From Octopus sinensis (Eukaryota), in NCBI RefSeq assembly GCF_006345805.1, contig NC_043006.1, positions 18,600,001 to 18,664,000 of the forward strand: a stretch of DNA of 64,000 nt, read 5' to 3'. Both the position numbers and the translations under genes were made by a program. Shown one piece after another: positions 1 through 11,869 of the stretch (within the stretch, counting starts at the first letter, position 1; each line of letters starts with the position of its first letter). Under the pieces are notes generated by a model. The model saw only the letters and a program-made list of their open reading frames with translations, searched no databases and was not told the DNA's origin.

Positions 1-51
1 AATAATAATAATAATAATAATAATAACAACAACAACAACAACAACAACAAC

Positions 52-83
<32 letters not shown>

Positions 84-235
84 TAATAATAATAATGATA
101 ATAATGATAATAATAACAATTATTGTATTAATTGAGATAATATCTGTAATAATTGTAATAATGTTGATGACAATGATGATGATGATGAAAGGATTAGGAG
201 GAGGAAGGGATGATGATGATGATGATGATGATAAC
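1..235. repeat. Compound (AAT)n/(AAC)n/(GAT)n microsatellite
   Basis: Direct reading of trinucleotide arrays. Confidence 0.95.
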
Positions 236-407
236 GACGCTAATTTCTTTTAGTGGCAACCAGTACACAAAACGTTGAGGACAAGATCAAAGAACGAAAA
301 TATAGCTCATAAAAGGTGAGATTTTTATTGTTCAAAAGGAACTGCACAACAATGAAAATATAACAGACAATAGCAAAATGTGTAAAAATGGAATTTTAAA
401 AAATAAC

Positions 408-454
408 TATTTCTTTACTACCCCCAAGGGGCTAAACAGAGAGAGGACAAACAA
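408..454 (-). mobile_element. SINE-B tail-2 fragment
   Basis: Reverse complement matches the tail of the copies at 39253-39670 and 53351-53573 (tttagccccttg.gggtagtaaagaaata). Confidence 0.7.
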
Positions 455-647
455 AAATTTTAAAAAATAACGAAGAAGAAAACATTTCTCAATAGCCTAG
501 CAGTTCACCTAGGATAACTCGAAAGAAAGCTTATACGAAAATTTTCCCTTTTTATATGCTGTCTCCCAGGCTCTGTATTACTATTTAGAGAAATATATTT
601 AGGGTAGATCCATGTCAATTCACCGGTCTTAACACTGTTTCTGATTA

Positions 648-800
648 ATTATCATCGTCCCTAGTGCTCAACTGGTACTTATTTTATCGACCTCTAAAGA
701 ATGAAAGACCAGGTAGACCTCGGTGGAATTTGAACTCATGACGGTAAAGACAAACGAAATGCTGCTAAGCATTTTGTTCGGCGCGCTAACTCTTCTACTC
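648..800 (-). mobile_element. SINE-B (tRNA-derived), degenerate
   Basis: Matches other copies: gttagc..gccg, gagttcaaattcc.ccgaggtc, tttcat.cttt, ggtcgataaaataagtaccag. Confidence 0.8.
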
Positions 801-1186
801 ATCCAGCCCTCAAAGATATCTGCTTTGTTGGAATTTTTATCACATTCCAGAAAGCGAGTTTTCTATTATATTAATAGATTTATGTAGGTTTGTGTTCCAG
901 ATTTTCTCTATTTTTCTTTTTGTCAAGTTGACTTGTGTAAGTATGAGGTCCTGGTGAGTTTTATCAGTGTACGTTGATTATTGTTCGGTTTATTTATAAA
1001 TATCGATTTTAGTGTCGTGCATAGAGTGTTTAAATCTCTACTAATTTGTTCCTGTTTTAAAAGGGATTTGTTGTAAGTGTCGTGGAGAAGGGGTTGCTGT
1101 TCCTTGTTGGTTTTGTTAGTGAACATTGAGTTGAGAGTTGTGCATAAAAGCTGTAAGTCTTTACTGACCTGATCTGCACAGTGAGA

Positions 1187-1602
1187 TACTCTTTTACTCT
1201 TTTACTCTTTTACTTGTTTCAGTCATTTGACTGCGGCCATGCTGGAGCACCGCCTTTAGTCGAGCAAATCGACCCCGGGACTTATTCTTTTGTAAGCCCA
1301 GTACTTATTCTATCGGTCTCTTTTGCCGAACCGCTAAGTTACAGGGACGTAAACGCACTAGCACCGGTTGTCAAGCAATGCTAGGGGGACAAACACAGAC
1401 ACACAAACACACACATGCATTTATATATATATATACGACGGGCTTCTTTTCAGTTTCCGTCTACCAAATCCACTCACAAGGCATTGGTCGGCCCGGGGCT
1501 ATAGCAGAAGACACTTGCCCAAGATGCCACGCAGTGGGACTGAACCCGGAACCATGTGGTTGGTTAGCAAGCTACTTACCACACAGCCACTCCTGCGCCT
1601 AT
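1187..1602 (-). mobile_element. SINE-A, full length (tRNA head, central microsatellite, (AAAAGAGT)-like tail)
   Basis: Near-identical in reverse to 43113-43530 and 63722-64000. A-box-like GGCTGTGTGGTAAG and B-box-like GGTTCAGTCCC. Confidence 0.9.
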
Positions 1603-2160
1603 GTTTTTTAACTGTTTTTCCTCTCACGGACGAGAAGGTTTGAATCCTCGATATTGCTGTTTAAGGTAATGAGATGTGATCTGATATTTTTGAGTTATTT
1701 AAGGATGTCCTCGTTTGTAATTTTATCCAATGTGTTTGTTTTCTGTGGCATTTTCGGCCTCACGTGTTTTAATATAAGTGGGAGAGAGAGAGTTGGTATC
1801 TGAAAGCACGTGGTCGGATGTATAAAAAAAACACAGATGTTAGGAAAATGATATAAAATTTTGTGTATAGTGACATTGTTTTTGGAGAAATAACCGGTTT
1901 CGCATTTTCTTTTCAAATTTCTAAAATTTCTATAACGATGTTGTGTCATCAATTCGTCATGCTGTGATGTAGAAGAGTTCGAAACAGGGGAAGGTAATCA
2001 AGGACATTTTCGGTATAAAGGAGATAATAAAAAATGTTGGGAATAACCAGAATTTGTTAATTTAACATGATTTGGTTTTGATAGAATACAATGTTAGAAA
2101 TGGTTAAGTTTTGGTTTATATTCTTCAATGAGGTAAATTTCCTTATTTAAAAATGCTTTA

Positions 2161-2308
2161 TGTTCAGAGTTCAAATTCTGCCGAGGTTGACTTTGCTTTT
2201 CATCCTTTCGAAGTCAATAACCTAATAACCAGCTGCGTACTGGGGTCGATCATATCGACTGGCTCCCTCCCCCAAAATGTCGGGCCTTGTGCCTAGAGAA
2301 GAAAAGAA
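2161..2308 (+). mobile_element. SINE-B, 5'-truncated, tail-1
   Basis: gagttcaaattc.gccgaggttgactttgc...cccaaaatgtcgggccttgtgcctagag. Confidence 0.85.
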
Positions 2309-2842
2309 TATCAATACTAACACCTCATTTATTAAGCCTACGTCACATTTCTGCAGCAGAAAATGTATTTCTTTAGTTTTTGTGAAATAAAACGATAATT
2401 TAACGAATTTATGAAAATTGTCACGTGTTATCTTCAGACATATTGTAGATAGCACACTTAGCCCTTCAGTAGCAATGCAGTAGTAGTAGTTGTAGTAGTA
2501 TATTATACGATGACACTACACATACACGTACATCCCTCTCTCACGTGTATTTATATATGTGTGGGTGTACATGTATATATATATACATGTACCACCTCTC
2601 TTTTTATAAATGTCCTAGAAATTACACATTGACTTGTCTTTGATGTCTCAATTTATTCAACACACACACACACACACACGCACATATATATATATATGAG
2701 CAAAACATCGACACACTAGGATTTGAAATAAGATGTCACTACTGTATATATCATCTGTGGATAAAATTTAAAATTGATGGGACCAACAGGAGTAACATAG
2801 CTGGTCCACAAGTAAATAGCACTTTTAGCAATAAATTGCAAA

Positions 2843-3230
2843 TTTGCACGAAGCGTAAGGATTCTTGAAAGTATACACGTGCTAGAAATAAGAGCTAAAG
2901 TCTTAATTAAACCACCGTAAAGCACCAAGATAACAGAGTAAAACAGTGGGTGATGAAACGGGAAGAAGCATTAAAAAGCACAAAAATAGGAGATTATACG
3001 GCTTAGGACATCCACATTCTCTGAAGAAGCTGAAGGATTAAATTTTCAAAAGCCGAAACCGGTGTGGATATCGTAAACTGCATAATCTTCTATCTTTGTG
3101 CTTTTGAATGCATTGCTTCTTTCCGTTTCCTCGCCTACTGGTTTACTGTTATATTGGTGCTTTACGGTGGCTTCTTATCTCTTATTTCTAGCAGTTGTAT
3201 GCTTTTAAGCAACCTTACGCTTCGTGCAAA
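2843..3230 (+). mobile_element. Foldback element (~170-bp diverged inverted arms) with a hammerhead-like core in the loop
   Basis: Arms 2843-3016 and 3063-3230 are reverse complements (tttgcacgaagcgtaagg; gctagaaataagag; ccaccgtaaagcacca; atccaca). The loop carries CTGAAGA at 3021 and GAAACCGGT at 3055. Confidence 0.8.
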
Positions 3231-3239
3231 CTTGTTATT

Positions 3240-3350
3240 ATATTTATATATATATATATATAATATATATATATAATATATATATATATATATGTTTATG
3301 TTTTATGTTTTCCAGTTTCAGCTCTTGAGCTGTGGCCATATATATATGTA

Positions 3351-3385
<35 letters not shown>

Positions 3386-3425
3386 ATATATTATATATAT
3401 ATATATATTATATATATATATATTA

Positions 3426-3510
<85 letters not shown>
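3240..3510. repeat. (TA)n/(TATG)n/(TG)n compound microsatellite
   Basis: Direct reading. Confidence 0.95.
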
Positions 3511-3511
<1 letters not shown>

Positions 3512-4554
3512 ATATACATGAGGATGCAAAATAAGGTGTTTACGAAATGACTAAAATGGAATTTCTTTCTATATGCTTCCACCTTATATGTAACTTATTC
3601 AGCATGCGTTCTTATAATACACATATTGAATATCTGTGCTATAATGATATAGGGACGATGCAGGTGACTTTACAAATATAAGCATGCGCACGTACAACAC
3701 AACAGATTCATGCGAATGATGGAGTGAGAGTTTATTTGAACAACGCTTGCAATGGAAATTATATGCAGCAGGTGGACTGATAAAGGAAATTAATGCAGAT
3801 GTATGTGAAAATTATGACAATAATTTATAAAGAAACGCTGTCTCTATAAGTTCATTTGTATAATTATCTTCTGAACGACTACTGCTCTCAGAAGATTCTG
3901 AAGCAGTTATTAATGTAATTTAATTTTAGTTGCTATGGTTTGTAGGTAACTGCAGAGATTATGATATAATGTAGTTTTCTTATCCATGATTTAATAAGCT
4001 ACTGATATCTGCAACTCTTTGGTATTAACACAGAGAACCTTGTATGAAATAAAAGAGAGCTTAGTTAGTTATGGAGTATAAACGCAGGGTTTGTATGTAT
4101 AATTAGTAATCATCGCTTTACGAAAAACAAAGTGGCTTTGACGGAATAAAGAACATAATTGGATTCATGTAATCTCATTTATATATCAAAGAGAATATGG
4201 TATTGGTAGAAAGTATGAAGATGCGAATCAAAATTGGAAAATACAGTTTAGCTAGAGACAGAAGTTAAGCTGACACTAGCAATTAATGGAATAGATCGGG
4301 AAAAGTTTATTGAAGCATAAATTTATTATGCTTGTTTAAGATGTCCATGATCGATGCTCAGTACAAATTAATATACGACATATTAGCCTGTAACAAGTAT
4401 TCAATTCATCACTGACAGATTAATTAAGTTAATCAGTAGCCATAAAATACTTATGGCTAAATTATACTGATTTCAATGAAAATGTATAATCCATTCTCTA
4501 TTGACCTCGCCTCAAAAACAGGTGCCCCTTCACTGTAAAAAGATATTATTCAGT

Positions 4555-4688
4555 AAAAAAAAATTCACACAGTTATGGCAGCGATCCTTCAGTTTTCTTA
4601 AGCTCTGTAAAAGAACTCGGAAGACTGGGCCTTTAACCACACCTTTTGAGATATCCTTAAAGCCAAGGATTTTCAGCAAACCCTCGTA
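4555..4688 (+). mobile_element. Mariner-derived MITE fragment (relatives at 24138-24210 on minus and 38078-38280)
   Basis: Shared core ttcacaca.ttat.gcagcg.tcc.tcagtttt, tgtaaaagaa, cttaaagcca. Ends in cagcaaaccctcgTA, a mariner-like TIR. Confidence 0.6.
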
Positions 4689-4758
4689 TACTAAGATATA
4701 TATGGAAACATGCTAAGATATATAAACAGATGTTCACAAAAAAACCTCACAGGGTTCA

Positions 4759-4924
4759 GGGGAGGAGCAAGTCGATTACATCGAACCCAGTGTTCAACTG
4801 GTATTTATTTTATCGATTCCTAAAGGATAAACGGTAAAGTCGACCTCGGCGGAATTTGAACTCAGAACGTAAAGACGGACGAAATACCGCTATGGATTTT
4901 ACCCGGCATGCAAAGCTCTCCGCC
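4759..4924 (-). mobile_element. SINE-B
   Basis: Reverse-complement match (aaagtcgacctcggcggaatttgaactcagaacgtaa). Confidence 0.85.
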
Positions 4925-5193
4925 TGTGTCATAATTTAAATACTGTTTTTTTTTTAAAATTCTTAGGCTATTCAATCTTGTATAAAATTACAATTACGAA
5001 AGCTTATATTTTCCATATTGAGAAATATATAAAATACAAATGAACATTTATTAAAATCAAAAATGAAATTCTTTGAAATTAGCAAATGCCCAATGAAATA
5101 GATTTTATCTGAGTTTATCAGGCCAAGTGAAAGAGAAGCTATTTTCATCTCGTGAAGACTAAACCATACATATCACTAATACTAAGAATGATT

Positions 5194-5380
5194 AAGGCGG
5201 CGAGTTGGCAGAATTGTTAGCACGCTGGGCTAAATGCTTAGCGGCATTTCGTCCGTCTTTATGCTAAAAGTTCAAATTCCGCCAGATCGACTTTGCTTTT
5301 CATGGTTTTAGAGGTCGACAAAATTAGTGCCAGTTAAGCACTGGGGTCGATGCAGTCAATTAACTCCCTCCCCCGAAAAA
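5194..5380 (+). mobile_element. SINE-B
   Basis: aaggcggcgagttggcagaattgttagcacgc...gttcaaattccgcc...ctggggtcgat. Confidence 0.85.
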
Positions 5381-5842
5381 GTCATGCCCATTTTGGACTT
5401 AACAACCTACATGAGAAAATCGTTTTGACTGAAAGGATTTTGAAAGGGTTTTATTTTTAGACTGGGGTCAAAACGGTCGAATCCATTCAACCAATTACAA
5501 AGAGCTTGGGAGTGGTACTGAAAGATGGAGAGAAGTATTGACAGATGACAATGGTTTTGGTGTTGTCATTGTCACTTATTTTTTTGTATTTTGACACTAC
5601 TTTCCTACAGAAGTTAGTGGCCATAAACTCTCTAGGGAATTTTATGCCAGCTTCATCACTTTTATTTATTTATTTTTTGTTTTGAAACGAGAGCGAACTT
5701 AAGCATTTTATACCGACAGATTTTAGACACTTTTTTCTGAAGCTGATAAGATTATGTAGGGGGTGCAAATTTTGATCTTGCACCCCCTGAAAATTCTAGG
5801 GGGTGCAGGTGCACCCGCTGCACCCCCTGCTCCCGGACCCTT

Positions 5843-5930
5843 GGTCACGATGGGTATATTGTGCTTCGTATATTTTATCCCAGTGTCATTTGGGTGGCAT
5901 GCACTGCTCTCTCACTCAATAACAATAATA
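5843..5930 (+). mobile_element. Element E, 3' end only, with (AAT) tail
   Basis: gatgggtatattg.gcttcgtatatttta.cccagtgtca...ggcatgcactgctctctcactcaataacaataat matches the reverse complement of 14021-14100. Confidence 0.85.
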
Positions 5931-6355
5931 ATGAAGAAGAGTTGCATTACTTCATTACAAACAAGCAAATGCAAAAAACATGAATTTAACTACTTTTTTC
6001 TTATGCAATGCAATGTTTAGTTTTGGATTTTTATCAGCAATTACTTCAACGTCTGAATCATAAGTCGTGGCTTCTATTTTAATACAAGGCTTTGCTCAGA
6101 TAACTTTGTGAGCTACTCTGATTTGATTAAAATCATTTACGTTAAAATTTTAAAATCGGTCTTTTGCAGGTAGGTTGATCAGAAAATCGATATAATATTC
6201 TATGTCAATTTTATTTCAATGTTTTTATTATTATCCAGTTTAGAATTCCAGACTTTGGACACCAGGTTGTCTGACCACCAAATCTCTCGAATTTTGTTCC
6301 ATTTCTGGTTTGGTCTTTTTTCCGCTAGTTTGTATTTCTGACGGTAGACATTTTA

Positions 6356-7602
6356 CGAGGGGCGTTCAATAAGTAATGCCCCTGACCCACTTCCCATAGC
6401 AGTAGAGCAACGACACTTGGCACAGTTATTAGTCTTTTCCTACATAGGAACCACCCAGAGTTATGCATTTCTCCTATCGTTTGATACAGCTCTGGAGACC
6501 GTTTTTGTAGAAGACCCCAGCTTGGTCCTCCAACCACGACGTGACTTCAGAAATCAAGGCTGCATCATCTGGGAAACGTTTTCCTTTCAAAATTAACTTC
6601 ATGGCTGGGAAGAGGTGAAAATCAGAGGGTGCAAGGGGATGAGTTCATAGCTGCACGCCTGTGCTTCTGATCTGGCGACACACGGTTGTGGACCGGAGCG
6701 TTGTCCTGCAGGAGGAGGATGCCTTTGCTGATCTTGCCCCGCCTCTTGATTTTGATAGTTTCTCTTAATTTCCTCAAAAGTGAAGCATAATAGGCTCCTG
6801 TAATTGTGGTACCCTTTGCCAGGAAATCTGTCATCACTACTCCGTCCTGGTCCCAGAAGACTGTGAGCATACCCTTGCCTTCTTTGGAGGAGGTGAGTCA
6901 CGGTGCTTTCACTGCATTGACTGGGCTTTGGTCTATGGATCATAGTGATGGACCCAGGTTTTATTCTGTGTGATCAGTCTTTTGAAAAATTTTGACTCAT
7001 CTTCTTGGCACATCCCCAAATTCATCCTCGAGCACTCAACACGTTCTTGCTTCTGGAAAGGTGTGAGCAACCTGGAAATCCATCTGGCAGACACCTTTTG
7101 CATATGCAAATGGTCATGAATGATAGTTTCCACAGACCCGGTACTAATCTTGACCTTATGGGCTATTTGGCAAATAGTTATGCGTTGACCTTCCAAAATG
7201 GCAGCCTCAACTTGACGGACAGACGTCTCATCAACGGCAGAAGGGGGCGACCAGATCTGGGAGCTGTTTTCACAGAGTTCCGACTATGTTTGAATTCACA
7301 ATGCCAGCGTTTTACAAGGTCATATGATGGGGCATCATCACCATAAGTTACTTTCATTTCATCAAAAGTCTCCCGTGGTGTGCGTCCTTTCAAATACAAA
7401 AACCAGATCACTGCTCGACACTCAACAGGCTCCATTTCACACTTGACTCAATTCAAACACCTGTAAATCAGAAACCAGAATTAGTTCAGAGCTGTAATTC
7501 GCCACTTAATCTATAAAGGTATAAATAAGTGCACATGCAAAATTTCAGCTAGATCAAACAACTGCAAGTGGGTCAGGGGCATTACTTATTGAACGCCCCT
7601 CG
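6356..7602 (-). mobile_element. Mariner (DD34D-type) transposon, near full length, transposase disrupted
   Basis: Perfect 37-bp TIRs CGAGGGGCGTTCAATAAGTAATGCCCCTGACCCACTT (6356-6392, 7566-7602) with TA on both sides. Fragments: HTH (7178-7435), ARWISRLL and TWVHHYDP (6933-7196), LLQDNAPVH (6622-6870), LAPSDFHLFP. Confidence 0.95.
6400..7435 (-). pseudogene. Mariner transposase pseudogene
   Basis: Frameshifts and a stop. First catalytic D appears as N (QNKTWV) and the HPPYSPD segment is deleted. Confidence 0.9.
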
Positions 7603-7689
7603 TATATTTGTTTTCGTATCGTTTTGTTAACTGTGACACAATTCCTTATCAGCTATATTGGTTATTTCTTTTTCAAGTTCAGACTAACT

Positions 7690-8900
7690 AACCTACAGAA
7701 ATGCCAAATATTGTTGTTGCTTTGTTTTTAATTACTAAAATCTGTAAACCTTTTGCTGAATTCATTTTACTGGACTTCCGGAAATAGCTTATGTTGATTT
7801 TTTTAAGTATCCAAAACAATAAAAATGAGATAATTTTTACTGTTTTTGATGTCGTTCGCAGACAGTGGTAATTTTCCTTCAAGATATTTTTTATGCAACT
7901 TTAAATGACCTACCATGTCCAACACAAATTACTTTTCCAGCCATTACGCAAACTTCTTGTTCGGAACTGTTATTATCATTACCAATAAGAGGTTATATGA
8001 AATGTATTATTATTTTATACAAAATGTAAATCTTTTCAACGTAACATCTTTAGAAACCAACTTATGTAGAAATAATTCTTAATAAGTCCAATCAAAATTA
8101 TCAATGATTTAGATCTCTTGCCATTATCTTCTTTATAATATCGATAACAGGATTCATAGCACTAAATCATTTTGCAGAAAAAGTTGGAGCGCAGGGTACT
8201 TCTTAACTAGTCAAATAGGAATTCAAATAAGTTTACTAAATATTTTTGTCCTTTATTCCTTCAGTAAAAGTTCATTAAATTATTACCGGAGGCCTTTAGC
8301 ATAAATATTTCATAACAATGAGATTTGTTCAACATTATTTAACTTGCAAGACTTCTCTGGAACTGATTTTATATTAATGATCTGCTGTTCAGTAATATTC
8401 CCTGTCAGAGAACTACTTTTTTTGTTCTTGTTCTTGCTGAGAGAGGAATTTATGAGTGGCTGAATTATATAATTTTTGTTGCTGAAAGTGGAAATTAAAG
8501 TGGAAACATTTAAGATGGCTTCTTTTATATATATATTCTTCTCCGGCAATTTATTTTCTCGACTTAACATTTTCTTTTAAAATTATTATTGAGTTTTCAA
8601 ACAATCTCAACCATGATAACAAATCTATTTTATAACTACAATGATATTAGCAGACACGAATTTTTGTCAGCTAACAGCTAATCCTTAAAGTCTTTGACAT
8701 TACCAAAATGAAAAAGAATCAAGCTTATGCTTGTTTGTTCAATAACAGTGGATCACTCATCTTTATATACAACCATGAATGAAATATTTGCAGATCCAAC
8801 CAGCAATTATTGATATGCCAGACGCCAAATATCTACATGAAAATGATATATTTGTTCGCTCATAACATAAAAATATCAACACGGGCTAAAGAGTCGCGGA
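7690..8900 (-). pseudogene. Heavily decayed hAT (Charlie/SPIN-like) transposase remnant
   Basis: Manual translation: SLTGNITEQQI (cf. xxGTTTGEDIF), MNPVIDIIKKIMARDLNH (cf. VVKxVNFIRARGLNH), FVLDMVGHLKLHKKYLEGK (cf. FLVDITxHLNxLNxKLQGK). Confidence 0.55.
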
Positions 8901-9959
8901 CTCTAAACCTCTTATACACAGAAAATGATATAGTTGAATCTATAGTCTATAACTTACGTGAAGATATATTTAAAGAAAGGACATATAGAGCAGCAGCAAT
9001 ATTTCACAATTATATGTGTGCATGCACAGATATTGACCAGCTCTAGATCCTGAAAGCAAGATTTAGACCATTTATCAACATGAAACCACATGCTATTATT
9101 CTCGCATCGTTATCTTCGCATTATTTTCGCATCGTCTCTCCGATTTTCTTCTTCGTTTGAACTGTCAACAAGTTCAAAATATTTTCTATTCAAAAATTCA
9201 TCTTTTCTTAACACTTCAGATTTATTCCCTAATAAGATATTATTTTCAGGCTCACACGGCATTACGTATAATATCATCTTCTCTTTGCAACATTAGACAT
9301 TTCCTTCAAAAGCCTGTTACATTCACTGTCATAAATTTAGTTTACGGAGTATCAAATACATAGACTGAAAGTAAACTAATTTCGGAATCATGCTCATTAA
9401 TATATATTAAATATCGAAATGATATTTTGTTAGTCATGAATTATACGTTTTGTAGAGCTGGAAATTATTTAAAAATTAAATTACTTTACCGATCGATATG
9501 GTAACAGTTATAGAAAGCCACAATATGATGGGTTAAACTTATGAATCCTTTATTAGTGTACGAAGTGGAGGAAATGAGAAAGAAATCGACGCTAATTTTT
9601 TTTTTTAGTTTCAAACAGAAATCTCTTCACAGTGTTGGAGTCTCCGTTTAAAACGGATAATAATGGCAGAGAGAAAGTTCCTGCCTTGCAGTCAACTTTA
9701 TCAAAGACAGGCTCGAGGTGTACGCTTGATATTGATTAATGGCTTAACGTGCAGCGGGTCATTAATTCCAGGCGGATATGGTAACAATGCTTTAAGTGCC
9801 CCTAACATTTATGATTTATTATATTTCACACTATCATTTTCTATTTCTGTATTTATTTGTTTACTGAAATATAAAATTTAACAGAGATACAATTGTCTGA
9901 ACACAATATTGATGTTTCTTTAAGTGTTTCTTCTCTTTCTTTATTACAAGTGAATCATA

Positions 9960-10023
<64 letters not shown>

Positions 10024-10182
10024 TCAAAGAGCAATAAAGATTCAAGTTAATTTAAAAGAATTTACTTGAATATGGTACCTAACTTAGATGCACCAAAAAA
10101 AACTATACTGATTTAACAATACAGTAATGTGGGGTGATTATAAGCGAGAAAGAAGCAACAAGAATGGATAGGTTTATATATA

Positions 10183-10249
<67 letters not shown>

Positions 10250-10427
10250 GTATATATCTGTAGCTGGGTGTTATACGCTTGCATGTGTGCGTGCATATGT
10301 GTCTTTATTCGAAGTATTCATGGAAAATGTCTCTTCTGAATCATGAAGATAGAGCTAAGTGCAAAAGATCGCATAAAATGTGAACGGACAATATTTTAAA
10401 TCAGTTATAACAGTATGTGCTTTTAAT

Positions 10428-10755
10428 GTTGGCTCAGTGGTTAGAGCGTCGAGCTTACGATCGTGAGGTTGTGAGCTCGAATCCCGGACCGGGCTGCGTG
10501 TTGTGTTCTTGAGCAAGGCACTTTATTTCACGTTGTTCCAGTTCACTCAGCTGTAGAAATGAGTTGCGACGTCACTGGTGCCAAGCTGTATCGACCTTTG
10601 TCTTTCCCTTGGATAACACTTGTGGCGTGGAGAGGGGAGGCTGGTATGCATGGGCGACTGCTGGTCTTCCATAAACAACCTTGCCCGGACTTGTGTCTTG
10701 GAGGGTAACTTTCTAGGTGCAATCCCATGGTCATTCATGACCGAAGGGGGTCTTT
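10428..10755 (+). mobile_element. SINE-C (tRNA head, shared core, unique tail)
   Basis: A-box TGGCTCAGTGG and B-box-like GCTCGAATCCC. A second copy lies reversed at 28783-29043. Confidence 0.9.
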
Positions 10756-10949
10756 AAATTACTTCCAAAAGAGGCAAAGGCGGGAATTCTACAATTTCTA
10801 TTGACCAAAATTTTAATTGAGGTACCTCCATTTGATTTTAGTCAAATAAATATTTAGGGAGTCTCTTCTTTGTTACTTTTGAGAATAATTTTCATTAATA
10901 ATACTCATCAATTTTCTCTTCATTATGGTAACAATTTCAACTGATTAAA

Positions 10950-11170
10950 GGCAGCGAGCTGGCAGAAGCTTTAGCACACCTAACGAAATGATTAGGGGTA
11001 TTTCGTCCGTCTTTACATTCTGAGTTCAAATTCCGCCGAGGTCGACTTTGCCTTTCATCCTTTCGGGGTCGATGAACTGAATACCATTTTCGTACTAGGG
11101 TCGATCTAATCGACTGGCTCCCTCCCCAAAAATGTTGGGCCTTGTGCCTAGAGTAGAAAAGAAAAGAATA
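10950..11170 (+). mobile_element. SINE-B, full length, with TSD
   Basis: TSD AACTGATTAAA at 10939-10949 and 11176-11186. Confidence 0.9.
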
Positions 11171-11444
11171 ATTTTAACTGATTAAACATTATTTTCGGAA
11201 AACTGTATTAAATATATTAGCATGCACTTAACTATATACAGTTAATGCAGAAGATACATATTTCTTCAGTCCTAATACAGAAAGTCCTCCAGAACTGACC
11301 GTTTAGCTGATATTGAAGAAATTTAATATCCATGTCCATCATTCATCCTCTGTAGAATAATACAACCGGGCACATTGAGAGAATGACACCGCTGTATGGG
11401 GTGTCTACATAAGGAATGAGTTCAGAGGCGAGAATGTGTTAGAT

Positions 11445-11487
11445 GTGTGCTGACGAAGGGAGGAAACCCGAAATATGGCATATACAC
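11445..11487 (+). ncRNA. Minimal type I hammerhead ribozyme motif
   Basis: gtgtg-CTGACGA-a-GGG-aggaaa-CCC-GAAA-tat-ggc-ata-TA-cac: both core boxes, stem II, stem III and a 3-bp stem I are present. Confidence 0.6.
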
Positions 11488-11869
11488 CCATTACTCATTT
11501 TCGTCTTCAATCTCATTCTTTACATCTGACGTCTCGGTACGAAACGACGTTGCAAGAATCAGTGTTGGCTATAATCTTTACAGAATATCTGTAGAAATAA
11601 CCTTAACAAAATAATGTAAAAAGCACTGCTAACGCAGTAGAACGTAGTTTTGACTCACAAAAACATTTAATATACTTTATTGTATAGTGTGGTTGCATAA
11701 CGAAATACCACGTACCTACAAATCATTAGAACTTATCCCAGGTGACAGGCCCTAAATCTAACCTGCTATCTTGAAGCAAGTAGCAGGTGCATCAAAAGGA
11801 ATTTGTAAAAAGATGTCTGAAAAATAATTCGGTCAAAGTCGCTCACAGTCCGTCCGAACTGCTCAAGTC

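Larger units (their letters stand above)
470..2150 (-). pseudogene. Decayed LINE ORF1 plus start of ORF2 AP-endonuclease, interrupted by two SINEs
   Basis: ORFs 1695-1952 and 923-1126 lie on the same strand either side of a SINE. Downstream reading gives RKLAFWNV and ETVLRP, resembling the endonuclease motifs xFWNV and ETWL. The ORF1 part has an internal 41-codon repeat. Confidence 0.45.

Noticed and set aside
5461-5570. Possible exon (tttttag acceptor, open frame WGQNGRIHSTNYKELGSG...)
   Set aside because: No good donor site and no recognised protein family.
8957-9047. Possible minus-strand exon with AG/GTAAGT boundaries
   Set aside because: Isolated, unrecognised peptide next to a hAT remnant; no partner exons.
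10428-10510. tRNA-like segments (also 47861, 61990-62069, 43113)
   Set aside because: They have A/B boxes but no complete cloverleaf and continue into SINE bodies.
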